From: a virus
Taxonomy: Duplodnaviria; Caudoviricetes
Strand: one strand, 5' to 3'
Length of the DNA: 56,483 nt
IMG/VR virus record: IMGVR_UViG_3300024520_000087
Coordinates: 1 to 56,483 of that record
The notes under the pieces are model-generated. The model was not told the DNA's origin. It saw only the letters and a list, made by a program, of their open reading frames with translations, and did not search any database. Positions 25,309-35,264 of this stretch are shown here, piece after piece. Within the stretch, counting starts at the first letter, position 1; each line of letters opens with the position of its first letter. A program made the translations under genes and the position numbers.

Positions 25309-26343
25309 ATGGAAGAAATTGTAAACAACGGCAATCGTAAGCCTTTTGTAAGAAACAAGGTTTCTCTTTATTTGGCATACGCGAAAAAGTCTCTACTAGA
25401 GATAGCCTCTGTTGTGTCCCAGAAACTAACTTTCAAAGTTAAAGTGGAAAACGAAGTAGATAACAAGTCTTCACTTAATAGGATCGTTAAAGAACTAAGG
25501 ATTGTTCAAAACGGACTCAAGGAAGTTGTCGCCGTGGAATTCCCCGATAACACAGAAAAACTGACGAGTGCTTTCGGAAAGAATATTGAAGAATTAAACG
25601 AGACACTTGAGAAGGTTGGTTCAGAGGTTGTAAATCTCCAGAAACTACAGAAGGATGTTGAATTCCCCTCCATACAAAAAGTATCTGGTGCTGTAAGTGT
25701 GTCTAAAATACCAGACAGTGCTCAGCTTACCAAGATACTTGAGGCGTTGGGAGCAATTAATAAAGATCTTTCAAAGATCAAATTAGAGATCCCACCTTAC
25801 CCAGAACAAAAAGAGGTTATTATACCCCCGTATCCTGAACCTAAAGAGGTTAAGATTCCTCCTTTTCCCAAGGTTATTCAAACTGTTGAAGGAAAACACA
25901 TAATTCAAGCTATTAATGCTCTCAAGGAAGAGATTGTAAAAATTCCCAAAGGAATAAATATTCCAGAAATAGACTTTCCGTCTCAAATATCCATTGACAA
26001 TTTTCCTCCACAAAAGTATCCAATGCCTGTTACGAATATCAACGTGAACTCATTAAGAGGTCCCGTTAGGGCTACCGCGATCGTTGTTAAGACAACCGTA
26101 ATTCCACTTCCATCCACTCCATTACCTGACAGGCGTTCTTGGGTGTTCTTCAACAACTCTGAAGACACAGATGTGTATATTGGTGCGTCAGATCTCTCTA
26201 TCGCTAATGGAATGCCAGTTGGGCCTAAACAGTATTCACCTTCATTTGATGCGGGACAGTTGGTAGATATTTATGGTGTGGTGGCTAGTGGTGAAGCAGA
26301 AATAAGATTATTTGAAGTTTCCATGGATGCGATCGGAGCATAA
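25309..26343 (+). CDS. Putative virion protein: coiled coil, Pro-rich repeats, C-terminal beta-sandwich
   Basis: Three IPP(Y/F)P repeats. C-terminal RRS...FNNS...VYIG...NG domain resembles the C-terminus of the next gene. Confidence 0.6.
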   Translation: MEEIVNNGNRKPFVRNKVSLYLAYAKKSLLEIASVVSQKLTFKVKVENEVDNKSSLNRIVKELRIVQNGLKEVVAVEFPDNTEKLTSAFGKNIEELNETLEKVGSEVVNLQKLQKDVEFPSIQKVSGAVSVSKIPDSAQLTKILEALGAINKDLSKIKLEIPPYPEQKEVIIPPYPEPKEVKIPPFPKVIQTVEGKHIIQAINALKEEIVKIPKGINIPEIDFPSQISIDNFPPQKYPMPVTNINVNSLRGPVRATAIVVKTTVIPLPSTPLPDRRSWVFFNNSEDTDVYIGASDLSIANGMPVGPKQYSPSFDAGQLVDIYGVVASGEAEIRLFEVSMDAIGA

Positions 26344-26346
26344 ATT

Positions 26347-27090
26347 ATGGGTAGAGCAAGTACAGCAGCTTTTGGAGCGCCTTATAAAACTTCCGCGGGT
26401 AAGGTTAGGTCTGGTTTGGTTGACGATGATGGACATGTACAGGTCGACATCCTCAATAGCACACTATCTGTAACACAGTCTGGAATCTGGGATATTAATG
26501 ATGTTTCTGGAACAATTTCTCTTCCCACAGGTGCAGCTACTTCAGTCAATCAATTAGCCGATGGTCACAATGTGACAGTGGACAATGGATCAGGTGGTGC
26601 AGCAGTTAATATTCAGGATGGGGGTAATACTATTACCGTGGATGGAGCTGTGACGGTTTCTGCGACAGATTTAGATATAAGGGATCTCACAAGTGCCAGT
26701 GATTCGGTATCTGTGCTTCAAGCTACACACGATAGTCTTAATCTGAACGCTAATATCCAAGTAGGGGATTCAGATGTTGCAGCAGGTAATCCTGTACCAA
26801 CAAATGAAGTAGAACCCACAGGTGTGAATGGGGGAGATGTTGCTGTTGGAACGTCAGAAGTTGAGATGACTTTTTCAGGAACAACTCAATCTTTAATGAT
26901 TCAGTCAGATCCAGATAACACAGGTAAGGTGTGGGTTGGCAATACTGGCATAACTAATTCTGGTGGCAATGCATTTGCACAATTGGAACCTGGTGACGCT
27001 GTGTCAATGGATTTAAACGATGCCTCGGCTGCTATGTATGCCATTTCAGACACCGCCTCTCAAAATGTCTTTAAGTCAGCACTAACATGA
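26347..27090 (+). CDS. Virion fibre/decoration protein
   Basis: G/S/T/D-rich, shares repeats with 28618..29601. Confidence 0.65.
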   Translation: MGRASTAAFGAPYKTSAGKVRSGLVDDDGHVQVDILNSTLSVTQSGIWDINDVSGTISLPTGAATSVNQLADGHNVTVDNGSGGAAVNIQDGGNTITVDGAVTVSATDLDIRDLTSASDSVSVLQATHDSLNLNANIQVGDSDVAAGNPVPTNEVEPTGVNGGDVAVGTSEVEMTFSGTTQSLMIQSDPDNTGKVWVGNTGITNSGGNAFAQLEPGDAVSMDLNDASAAMYAISDTASQNVFKSALT

Positions 27091-28286
27091 GCAAACTGAC
27101 ATTACATCACGCACCACTTACTAATAATCAGAAGGCGGAACTCAATTTCTTCAATGGATCATTTCTTGAAACCTTTGACGCTCTTGTGACAAGTGATGGA
27201 GCAATTGTGACATTGACGATTACTAATGCGAGCAGTGGAGATTTAACGACCAGATTTTCAAGTGGTTACTCTATTTTCACTGGAGGCTCAACAATAGCAC
27301 TAACCGCAGGAAGTGACACTTCCCCCACATCAAATTATATTTATATTCTTGAGTCAGATCCAACAAGTTTGGTCAAGTCTACTACGGAGTGGCCCGCCAC
27401 AGAACATATCAAAGTAGCCTATTTCTTTGTTCCAAGTGCAGGATTTGTGCAAACAAATGGAGCTTATATCAATCAAAACTGGAACGACCATGCCCAAAAT
27501 ACTACTAGCCAGGGACACATGACTCACATGACAGAGAGATCGAGAAGGGATGGTGCATACTATTTTTCAGGCGTAGATGGAAATGGTACAAGTGGTTACT
27601 TAACCCCAACGGCATCAAATGTAGAGTTGAAGTCAACAGCAGGTGTTATCTACCAGATGCACAAACACACTGTACCAGCGTTTGATACGAGTGGAGGTGA
27701 CATGGTTTTGGTTAAAAATTGGTCAGGTACTCCATACAATGACATTACTAATTTGTTTGATATTACAGAAGACAGTACGGGTTCATCTATCGGAAACAAT
27801 AAATATTTCAACTTGGTTCTCTGGGCAGTGGCAAATAAGTCAGGTGAATTTTCGCCGATGATAATCAACCTTCCTAGTGGATCATATAATACCCAATCAG
27901 CAGCAGAAAATGATACCAGTGGATTTGATGATTTTTCTGTACCAAGAGAATTCAACCTTGAAAGCTCAACGGCATTTCTTGTAGCCAGAATTACAATACA
28001 GAAAAAAACCACTTGGGCAGTTGCCTCTACCGTGGATCTTAGAGGAACGACACCACAAACTGCAAAAGGTGGTGCAGCAGGGATTGTTACCAGCTTTGCA
28101 GACAATGTATTTACAGTATTTGACGAAAGCGATAATACAAAAATTATGGCATTCGATGTTGGAACCAATGTAACCACAGCAATAACAAGAACGCTAGGTG
28201 TCCCTGACGCAGACGGAACAATCGCTCTTACCGATCAGTCAGATGGGTCTATTAGAGCAGATAAGTTGATTTGGTTGGGGTGGTAA
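27087..28286 (+). CDS. Virion structural/fibre protein
   Basis: S/T-rich beta protein. C-terminal TRTL..PDADGTIAL fibre motif. Confidence 0.65.
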   Translation: MSKLTLHHAPLTNNQKAELNFFNGSFLETFDALVTSDGAIVTLTITNASSGDLTTRFSSGYSIFTGGSTIALTAGSDTSPTSNYIYILESDPTSLVKSTTEWPATEHIKVAYFFVPSAGFVQTNGAYINQNWNDHAQNTTSQGHMTHMTERSRRDGAYYFSGVDGNGTSGYLTPTASNVELKSTAGVIYQMHKHTVPAFDTSGGDMVLVKNWSGTPYNDITNLFDITEDSTGSSIGNNKYFNLVLWAVANKSGEFSPMIINLPSGSYNTQSAAENDTSGFDDFSVPREFNLESSTAFLVARITIQKKTTWAVASTVDLRGTTPQTAKGGAAGIVTSFADNVFTVFDESDNTKIMAFDVGTNVTTAITRTLGVPDADGTIALTDQSDGSIRADKLIWLGW

Positions 28287-28300
28287 GATAACATAAAAAC

Positions 28301-28621
28301 ATGGCAATAACACCGAAACAATTAGCAGATGGTCAATTAGCCAATTCTATAGGTGATTTGTATACCGTGCCTGCAAGTACTACTGGATATGTCAAAAAGA
28401 TCATCTTAGTAAATACTGGTGCTGGAAACAACACCGTTAATTTATATGTAACTCCTTCAGGTGGGACTGCGAGAAAAATTATCTCTGAAGATACTGTTTT
28501 GGCAACAGGTGAATCTTTGGAGCAAACAGATCTAGTTTTGGATACTGGTGATAAAATTCAAGGTGATGCTACCAATGCAACCGAGGTTGACTTTACAATA
28601 TATGGAGCTGAAGAAACATGA
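28301..28621 (+). CDS. Small virion beta-sandwich protein
   Basis: LYTVPASTT...I.LVNT...LVL.TGD.I pattern. Confidence 0.7.
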   Translation: MAITPKQLADGQLANSIGDLYTVPASTTGYVKKIILVNTGAGNNTVNLYVTPSGGTARKIISEDTVLATGESLEQTDLVLDTGDKIQGDATNATEVDFTIYGAEET

Positions 28622-29601
28622 GGGTCTTTAATACCAATTCACAAGAAGTAATCGAACCCAGACAAGCTACTCACGACGATCTGAATGTCAACGCAAACAT
28701 TCAACAAAACGATACTGATGTAGCTACGGGCAATGCCATGTTCGTTCAGCCTGGTACGGGAGCCACTTTCCCTATTTCAGCTGCATCTTTACCCTTACCT
28801 TCTGGTGCAGCCACTTCAGCACTTCAATTAGCCGATGGACATAATGTAACAGTTGATAATGGAGCTGGGGGATCGGCCGTTAACATCCAAGATGGTGGAA
28901 ATTCAATCACAGTAGATAATGACGGACTCACAGAACTGGCTGGAGCTATTACAGCAGGTGTAATGTCTGTAGAAGATACATCAACCATACTAGACGACTC
29001 TATTTTCAATATCACCACCCAAAGAATAACAATGATGGGTGCATTTGTTGACGACACTGCAACAGATTCGGTTGGTGAGGGGGACGGTGGAGCCTTCAGA
29101 ATGTCAGCCGACAGAGTCTTATACACACAAGGCCACGTGGCTCACGATGCAGTAGATAGTGGTAATCCACACAAGATTGGTGGTAGATCACAGGAACCAA
29201 CAAGTGCACTAGAAGAAGTTGCAGATGATGACAGAACAGATGGGGCATTTGATCGACAAGGAAGGCTGGCTGTGTGGATGGGATATCCAGTCCAAAGTGC
29301 AGACATAAACGACTCGACAAGTGGAAACAACACTATTCAGGCGGCAGCGGGGGCTGGCCTTAGAATTGCAGTGATGGGCTATCATGTAATTTCAGATGGG
29401 ACCGTAGACTATAGATGGGAAGACGGGGCTGGTGGAACAGCATTTACTGGACAAATCCCATTACAGGCTCGCGAAGGTGTAGTTGCAGGTTATGGAATGC
29501 ATCCAATGTGGGTGGGAACCGCAAACACATTGCTGAATCTTGAATTGTCAGCAGGGGTTAATGTTCATGGACAAGTATCGTTTGTGGTAATGACAGACTA
29601 A
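28618..29601 (+). CDS. Virion fibre/decoration protein
   Basis: LPSGAATSA, AHDAVDSGNP.KIGG, repeats shared with 26347..27090. Confidence 0.65.
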   Translation: MRVFNTNSQEVIEPRQATHDDLNVNANIQQNDTDVATGNAMFVQPGTGATFPISAASLPLPSGAATSALQLADGHNVTVDNGAGGSAVNIQDGGNSITVDNDGLTELAGAITAGVMSVEDTSTILDDSIFNITTQRITMMGAFVDDTATDSVGEGDGGAFRMSADRVLYTQGHVAHDAVDSGNPHKIGGRSQEPTSALEEVADDDRTDGAFDRQGRLAVWMGYPVQSADINDSTSGNNTIQAAAGAGLRIAVMGYHVISDGTVDYRWEDGAGGTAFTGQIPLQAREGVVAGYGMHPMWVGTANTLLNLELSAGVNVHGQVSFVVMTD

Positions 29602-29602
29602 T

Positions 29603-29797
29603 ATGAAACTTAAAAAATACGAGGACAATATGAAAGAAAAAACACCAGAGAAACTAGATTCTGTTGGATCTAGCGTTGCTTGTAGTGAAGAAAAATGCAA
29701 GGGTGAAATGATGGTAGTACAACCCACCATGAAACATCTACAACTCCCTTTGCATAGAGCCATTTGTGGTAAGTGTGGCTGGAGGGGGTGGGTGTGA
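29603..29797 (+). CDS. Small zinc-ribbon protein
   Basis: CxxxxC...CxxC. Confidence 0.6.
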   Translation: MKLKKYEDNMKEKTPEKLDSVGSSVACSEEKCKGEMMVVQPTMKHLQLPLHRAICGKCGWRGWV

Positions 29798-30108
29798 TAT
29801 ATACCAAATCCACACATAAAGACTTCTACGGAGAATCTTCTGTCAACGTAGAATACGACCCAAACACAATGAAACTAACCAAGTTTAATTGGGATGTTGC
29901 TGTTGGCAAGACAGCACACTTGGAAATTAATGGATATGATAGTGGATTAAAAACAGGCACAGGATCAGAAGACATAATTGTTGACATTTTTTTGATAAAT
30001 GAGGACTGGAAACCAATTGTTATAAATCAGGAGGGTGAAGAGGTGGAGGTTGACTACTCAAGAGTGGTTCTAAAAGAGCCTCAATCCTTCAAGTTGAATA
30101 TTAATTAA
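29794..30108 (+). CDS. Hypothetical protein
   Basis: GTGA coupling, GGAGGGG RBS. Confidence 0.55.
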   Translation: MIYTKSTHKDFYGESSVNVEYDPNTMKLTKFNWDVAVGKTAHLEINGYDSGLKTGTGSEDIIVDIFLINEDWKPIVINQEGEEVEVDYSRVVLKEPQSFKLNIN

Positions 30109-30801
30109 ATGGCAGTAGCATTTGAAAGTATAACCATAAACACAGACTCCTCTGGGAGATCTAGTGCTTCCTTCTCTCACACAAACACTAGTGGGGATAC
30201 ACTTGCTATAATAACCCACAATCAAGAAAACTTTGGATCACTTGTGACATGTACTGCTGCTAGTTACAACTCAGTTGCATTAACCGAAAGAGTGGCAGGA
30301 ACACGTGAGGTTGGACCTTTAGATTTCGCTGCAAAAATATGGACATTAGATGGTCCAGCCACAGGAGCTAACACGGTGTCAGTTACTTATGACGGTACTG
30401 GGGTGAATGACGCAATCATGGTTCTCTCCTTTACTGGTGCGAATAATGGAGTTGGGTCGACTACTGGAACAGCAAACGGTGACAGTGCTAACCCATCAGT
30501 AACATTTGGTACAGATAATAGTACTGGACTAATAATCTCTGGGGCCATGCTCCTTGGCAACGATGGCATACCTTGGACACCTGGCACTGGTGTAACCGAA
30601 AGAGCGGACAATGCAACAGGTGGAAGCAATGTAACTGATCATGCCTTTACTGCTGGCGACAAAGCAGCAACGGGTGGAAGTGACACAATAGATTTTACTG
30701 GATCAACTAGTGATGACTGGTTAATAACAGCTATTGAACTAAATGCAGCCGCAGTCGCAGGAGTAAAACTACAAAGACCTCTTAGGGGGGTTGGTATTTA
30801 A
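30109..30801 (+). CDS. Virion structural protein (two S/T/G-rich beta repeats)
   Basis: Composition and context. Confidence 0.6.
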   Translation: MAVAFESITINTDSSGRSSASFSHTNTSGDTLAIITHNQENFGSLVTCTAASYNSVALTERVAGTREVGPLDFAAKIWTLDGPATGANTVSVTYDGTGVNDAIMVLSFTGANNGVGSTTGTANGDSANPSVTFGTDNSTGLIISGAMLLGNDGIPWTPGTGVTERADNATGGSNVTDHAFTAGDKAATGGSDTIDFTGSTSDDWLITAIELNAAAVAGVKLQRPLRGVGI

Positions 30802-30809
30802 TATTCTCC

Positions 30810-30839
30810 TGGACAAGGGGAGGTATTGGGTGATACATT
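30810..30839 (+). promoter_or_regulatory. Sigma70-type promoter; leaderless start
   Basis: TGGACA-N18-TACATT with TG extension, ATG at 30847. Confidence 0.55.
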
Positions 30840-30846
30840 TAAATCG

Positions 30847-31035
30847 ATGATTATTGAACTTAGTCCAGAACAAATCAGGAATATTAGGGCTTTTCTGGGA
30901 AGAGTAGATCTAAAAGGAAATGAAGCTGTTGCTCTTGTCAGTATTTTTCAGGCACTTGCCTCCCAAAAACCAGTTAGAGTTGAACCTAAAGATGTCAAGA
31001 AAAAGAAACATTTGACAAAGAAGACTAAAAAGTGA
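30847..31035 (+). CDS. Hypothetical protein
   Basis: ORF after the promoter. Confidence 0.55.
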   Translation: MIIELSPEQIRNIRAFLGRVDLKGNEAVALVSIFQALASQKPVRVEPKDVKKKKHLTKKTKK

Positions 31036-31107
31036 TAAATTGAATTGATCCTTGCGAAGTGACTCAGAAGGTGGCACGCGCGTTCTTTTACAGACGCGTG
31101 TTTTTTA
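31012..31107 (+). promoter_or_regulatory. Promoter plus leader containing a terminator-like hairpin
   Basis: TTGACA-N18-TAAATT, then CACGCG...CGCGTG followed by TTTTTT just before the RBS of 31121. Confidence 0.5.
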
Positions 31108-31120
31108 TTGGAGAAATATT

Positions 31121-31840
31121 ATGGCAAAAACATTGGAAACCATCAGAACTCAAGTTAGAAGCTATCTTGACGAAGATACAGCCGCAGATTGGACTGATCC
31201 AGAACTAAATGTTCTTGTTAACACGTATTATCATCATGTTTATTCAGCTGTTGTAGATGTGTTTGAAGAATATGCGCCTCTAAAGACAGATTTTTTGTCA
31301 ACTGTTGCCAATCAACAAGAATATTCTTTGCCTTCTGACTTCTTCAAAATTAGGCGTGTGGAAATTGACTATGATACCGCTAACACAGATTCCATTGCAC
31401 AAAGAGCCATACCAATTAACATGGATGCTGTTAGAAGAGATCTTGGTAACGAAAATTTGGGAGTGACAATCAGGAGAGGGTCTAATTACTACCTTAGAGG
31501 TAATCAGCTCGGATTTGTACCTGTACCAGATCAAACAGGGACCAATGCCATCAAGATTTGGTATTACCCCGTCCAGTCAGATATGACTACAGACGCGACT
31601 ACAATAGATCTTCCTTATCCAGACAGAGATTGGATTTTAATTGCTTGGGGAGCTGCCGCTGAAGCGTTGGCTTTCGGACAACAAGAGACAGCAGAGTCGA
31701 GCAGGCTAGAAAGAAAATATGAAAAAGGAATAGAGATGATGAAGCAAAGACTTGAAGACAGGATCACCGATGAAACAAAGATAGTTGTTGACAGTTCTGG
31801 TGAAAATGTTGATTTCGAGTCACATTATTCAGGATTCTAA
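31121..31840 (+). CDS. Head-tail adaptor protein (podovirus type)
   Basis: TL..IR..VR..LDE...W.D.EL...VN, EYSLPSDF, F.PVPD. Confidence 0.8.
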   Translation: MAKTLETIRTQVRSYLDEDTAADWTDPELNVLVNTYYHHVYSAVVDVFEEYAPLKTDFLSTVANQQEYSLPSDFFKIRRVEIDYDTANTDSIAQRAIPINMDAVRRDLGNENLGVTIRRGSNYYLRGNQLGFVPVPDQTGTNAIKIWYYPVQSDMTTDATTIDLPYPDRDWILIAWGAAAEALAFGQQETAESSRLERKYEKGIEMMKQRLEDRITDETKIVVDSSGENVDFESHYSGF

Positions 31841-31841
31841 C

Positions 31842-33374
31842 ATGCAAAACAATTTACTTATTATCAGAGAACAGCTTTTTGGAAAAGGATACAATGACAA
31901 ACTCCCACCAGAGTTTATCCCTGCGGGTTATTTGGCTGATGTTAAAAACGGGGTTGTTAGCGAAGACAAGATCGAAAAGAGAACGGGATACAGTCTACAA
32001 GGAAATGACACTGGAAATAAGCCAATCCTGGGCTTAAAGGGTATCACAACAGCGGCAGGATTAAAGAGACTCTATAAGTTCCATGACAATTCAGGTGGAA
32101 CAGAAACCGCTATTTATGAGTGGACTGGAAGTGGAGACTGGTCAAATATTGACGAAACTCTTTTTACGACACAAGGGAATGTTGTGAATTGCACGTTGGC
32201 TGAGAATGTTATCTACGCTTTTAATGGTGCAGACACTCCAGTCAAAATAACTCCTGGCTCTCCTGGTACAGCAGCGGCAGTCACTGACGGCAATTTCCCA
32301 GTGGGTAGTTTTAGTGCCTGGTTTCATAATTTTCATTTTGTATCAGGGGTATCTGCTAATCCAAACAGGCTTTATTGGTCGGATCTCGAAGATTCCGACG
32401 ATTTCACTAATGGCGTTACGGGAAGCGTAGATGTTAACCCAGATGACGGAGATCAAATAACAGCTCTGGCGACCCTAAAGGACGAATTAATCATTTTTAA
32501 AAGAAATAGAATCTGGTCTCTTACGGGATTTGGTACTTCAGCATTCACAATCAGTGATGTTAATGAACGTGTTACTGGTTTCGGGACCCCCTCTCATCGT
32601 TCCATTATTAACGTGGGAAATGACCTTTATTATCTCTCTCACACAGGTGGTATTCCCGAGTTTAGAAGTCTCCAAAGAACTAGATTCGGAGTACTTGTTG
32701 AGGGGGGAATAATCTCTGATGACATAACAGGAACAATGAAAGGACTAAACGAAGGAAGACTTAATCAGGTCGCAGGAACATTTGACGGAAGAAGAGCGTA
32801 TTGGTCTTACCCTCTTTCAGGAAGCACAACCAACAATCAAGTATCTGTTTTGGATACGATTACTAAAGGGTGGGTTAGATATACAGGAATGGATGCCACC
32901 ATATGGGCTGAGTTCAACTTTAGTGCTGAATCTTCTATTTACTTTGGTGAGGCTGGTAACGACTCTCTTGTTTATAGACTCGATACGTCAACGAGTGATA
33001 ATGGTGCTGCTATATCATTTAAGGTTGATACTAGGCGCTTCGGAGCCGACAGGCAGGAAATTAAAAAGAAATGGAAGTACTTCTTCGTCACAGCTGACGA
33101 GACAGGAGACTATGATCTTACGGTTCAGTTTTCTCCAGATGGTTTTGATTTCGAAACATTGGAAACAATGAATCTAAAGTCTGGAAGCTCTACTTTTCCT
33201 TTTACTTTCCCAATTACACTAGGAACAACCGATGTGCAAAGGAAAAGATTTAATTTTGCCAAGCAAACAAAATACACAATGCAAATGAGATTCTTACAAG
33301 AAGGACTTGATCAATCAACAGCCATAAGGGACTGGGAGATGCTTTACAAACATCGATCTCTTAGGGACGCGTAA
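31842..33374 (+). CDS. Tail nozzle / head-stabilisation protein (P22 gp10 / T7 gp12-like)
   Basis: KR.GY, NRLYWS, GDQITAL...LIIFK..I propeller pattern. Follows the adaptor. Confidence 0.8.
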   Translation: MQNNLLIIREQLFGKGYNDKLPPEFIPAGYLADVKNGVVSEDKIEKRTGYSLQGNDTGNKPILGLKGITTAAGLKRLYKFHDNSGGTETAIYEWTGSGDWSNIDETLFTTQGNVVNCTLAENVIYAFNGADTPVKITPGSPGTAAAVTDGNFPVGSFSAWFHNFHFVSGVSANPNRLYWSDLEDSDDFTNGVTGSVDVNPDDGDQITALATLKDELIIFKRNRIWSLTGFGTSAFTISDVNERVTGFGTPSHRSIINVGNDLYYLSHTGGIPEFRSLQRTRFGVLVEGGIISDDITGTMKGLNEGRLNQVAGTFDGRRAYWSYPLSGSTTNNQVSVLDTITKGWVRYTGMDATIWAEFNFSAESSIYFGEAGNDSLVYRLDTSTSDNGAAISFKVDTRRFGADRQEIKKKWKYFFVTADETGDYDLTVQFSPDGFDFETLETMNLKSGSSTFPFTFPITLGTTDVQRKRFNFAKQTKYTMQMRFLQEGLDQSTAIRDWEMLYKHRSLRDA

Positions 33375-33389
33375 AGGAGGTGCATTTTA

Positions 33390-33950
33390 ATGGCAATTAT
33401 TACAAAAACAAATACATACAATACAGGAGACACTTTGACTGCTGCTAAATATGAAACAGATCGAGACGACGTCATCGATGATTACAATGGAAATATTACT
33501 AATGCCAATATTGCAGCGGGAGCAGCCATCGATCTTACCAAGTTAGCTTCCACTCCAGCAACCTTGACTGGTTCAGAAACACTTACCAATAAAACTCTAA
33601 CATCACCAGTCGTCAACAACCCAACGATGAAGGGAGCGGTTAATACCTTAGTGACAGCTGCTGATGGAGCTACTGTTACCTTTGATTTAGATAGTGGAAA
33701 CATACAAGCAGTCACTCTTGAAGGGAATAGGACTCTTGCGATATCAAATGAAAACGCAGGGCAAGTCTTTGTCTTGAGATTAATCCAAGATGGAACAGGA
33801 AGTAGAACAGTTACTTGGTTTTCAACCATTAAGTGGGCTGGAGGTTCAGCACCTACACTTACGACAACTGCAAGCAAGGAAGATGTTCTTGGTTTCATTA
33901 CAACGTCAACAGATAATTACTTAGGGTTTATTGTAGGACAGAATCTATAA
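33390..33950 (+). CDS. Tail fibre protein
   Basis: NGNITNANI..GAAI...KL, ETLTNKTLTSP, QDGTGSRTVTW...KW.GG.APTL. Confidence 0.8.
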   Translation: MAIITKTNTYNTGDTLTAAKYETDRDDVIDDYNGNITNANIAAGAAIDLTKLASTPATLTGSETLTNKTLTSPVVNNPTMKGAVNTLVTAADGATVTFDLDSGNIQAVTLEGNRTLAISNENAGQVFVLRLIQDGTGSRTVTWFSTIKWAGGSAPTLTTTASKEDVLGFITTSTDNYLGFIVGQNL

Positions 33951-33951
33951 C

Positions 33952-34560
33952 ATGCCACAACTAACAATTAACGCAGAAACAGGAAGCTCTGGTGGGCAAG
34001 CTAGGGGGATAGACAACTCGTGGGCTACTGTTCGTGGACAAACTAATGCAGATGACGCAGATCAAAATAGTGCAAGAATGGCATCCAATTTCTCGGGTGG
34101 TAGCTATTTTATAAGGCGCGGATTCTTGAAGTACGATCTTACTGGAATCCCATCGGGGTCAACAATAGATGCGGTTACTTATCAACCATATTGTCTCTCT
34201 AGTGGGAGCTCTAATGATGACTCAACTTCGCTTGAGGTTGTTGTCTCTACAGCAGATGACAATATTGGGACAAACGATTATAACAACATCACTTTTAGCA
34301 GTTTGGGGAGTATTAACCTTTCATCTATTAATCAAGACGACTATAGCGACATCACACTAAACAGTACGGGAATAGATCATGTTAAAGATAATTTGACGAA
34401 CGGATCTGTTAAGTTTGCTCACATTACAGGGAGGGATCTCAGCAACAGCGCACCAGGCGGTGACAATGAATGTCAAATAAACGATGGGGATGCGGCGCAA
34501 CCAACCAGAATAGTGGTCACATACACATCACCAGGTGGAATTTTATTTATGTTAACTTAA
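33952..34560 (+). CDS. Virion protein with a DNRLRE/CBM-like beta domain
   Basis: RRGFLKYDLTGIPSGSTI.AV...P.IVVTY pattern. Confidence 0.6.
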   Translation: MPQLTINAETGSSGGQARGIDNSWATVRGQTNADDADQNSARMASNFSGGSYFIRRGFLKYDLTGIPSGSTIDAVTYQPYCLSSGSSNDDSTSLEVVVSTADDNIGTNDYNNITFSSLGSINLSSINQDDYSDITLNSTGIDHVKDNLTNGSVKFAHITGRDLSNSAPGGDNECQINDGDAAQPTRIVVTYTSPGGILFMLT

Positions 34561-34562
34561 TT

Positions 34563-35264
34563 ATGGCAAAAGCAACAAATCTATGGGAGTACTACTCCCA
34601 AAAAGGACAACAGCTCCCTTCTGTTTCAGAAAGAAGAGATCAGTTTAGTCTGGGCGGTGATTATCGGGGAACAGCTCAACAAAACCAACAACTATTGGGT
34701 AGATTGCAGGGCGATCAGTCACGGGTTTTATCCCAATCAGCTCAAGCTCCTCCCACGATTTCTTCTATGACCAGAACAAGACCATCTGTTTCTTATGCGG
34801 AGTACACAAGACCAACTAATCCCTCTGACCCAATATCTCTTATACAAAAGTACTTTCCACAACATGAGTGGGAGAACGCTATTAAAGTGATGCAGGGGGA
34901 GAGTGGTGGAAATTCTGATGCAGTTGGAGACAACTATCCAATAAGAGGACGAACAATTCCTAGTTACGGGCTTTTCCAAATCAGAGCATTAGAGGGAAGA
35001 CCAGCACCAGAACAACTCTTAGACCCAGAAGCTAATGTTAAATATGCAGCCGAAATGCAAGCTGCACAAGGATGGCAACCCTGGACTGTGGCGAGGAACA
35101 TGGGTCTTTCGGGGACCACTCCTATTGCAGGAAAGACTCAAGCTTTCCAACAAGCTGTTCAACAACCAACACAACAACCGACACAGCAAGCACAACCACA
35201 AGGAATGAGTAGAGATGATCTTATGAAAAGAAGTGCAGAAATATTAAAGGGAGGTAAATTATGA
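34563..35264 (+). CDS. Virion-associated lytic transglycosylase (SLT/lysozyme-like)
   Basis: A..VM.GESGG...A, SYGLFQI, LLDPEANV..A, GWQPW. Confidence 0.85.
   Translation: MAKATNLWEYYSQKGQQLPSVSERRDQFSLGGDYRGTAQQNQQLLGRLQGDQSRVLSQSAQAPPTISSMTRTRPSVSYAEYTRPTNPSDPISLIQKYFPQHEWENAIKVMQGESGGNSDAVGDNYPIRGRTIPSYGLFQIRALEGRPAPEQLLDPEANVKYAAEMQAAQGWQPWTVARNMGLSGTTPIAGKTQAFQQAVQQPTQQPTQQAQPQGMSRDDLMKRSAEILKGGKL

Noticed and set aside
26347-29601. Diversity-generating retroelement TR/VR pair
   Set aside because: There is no reverse transcriptase, and the differences are mostly synonymous and not adenine-specific.
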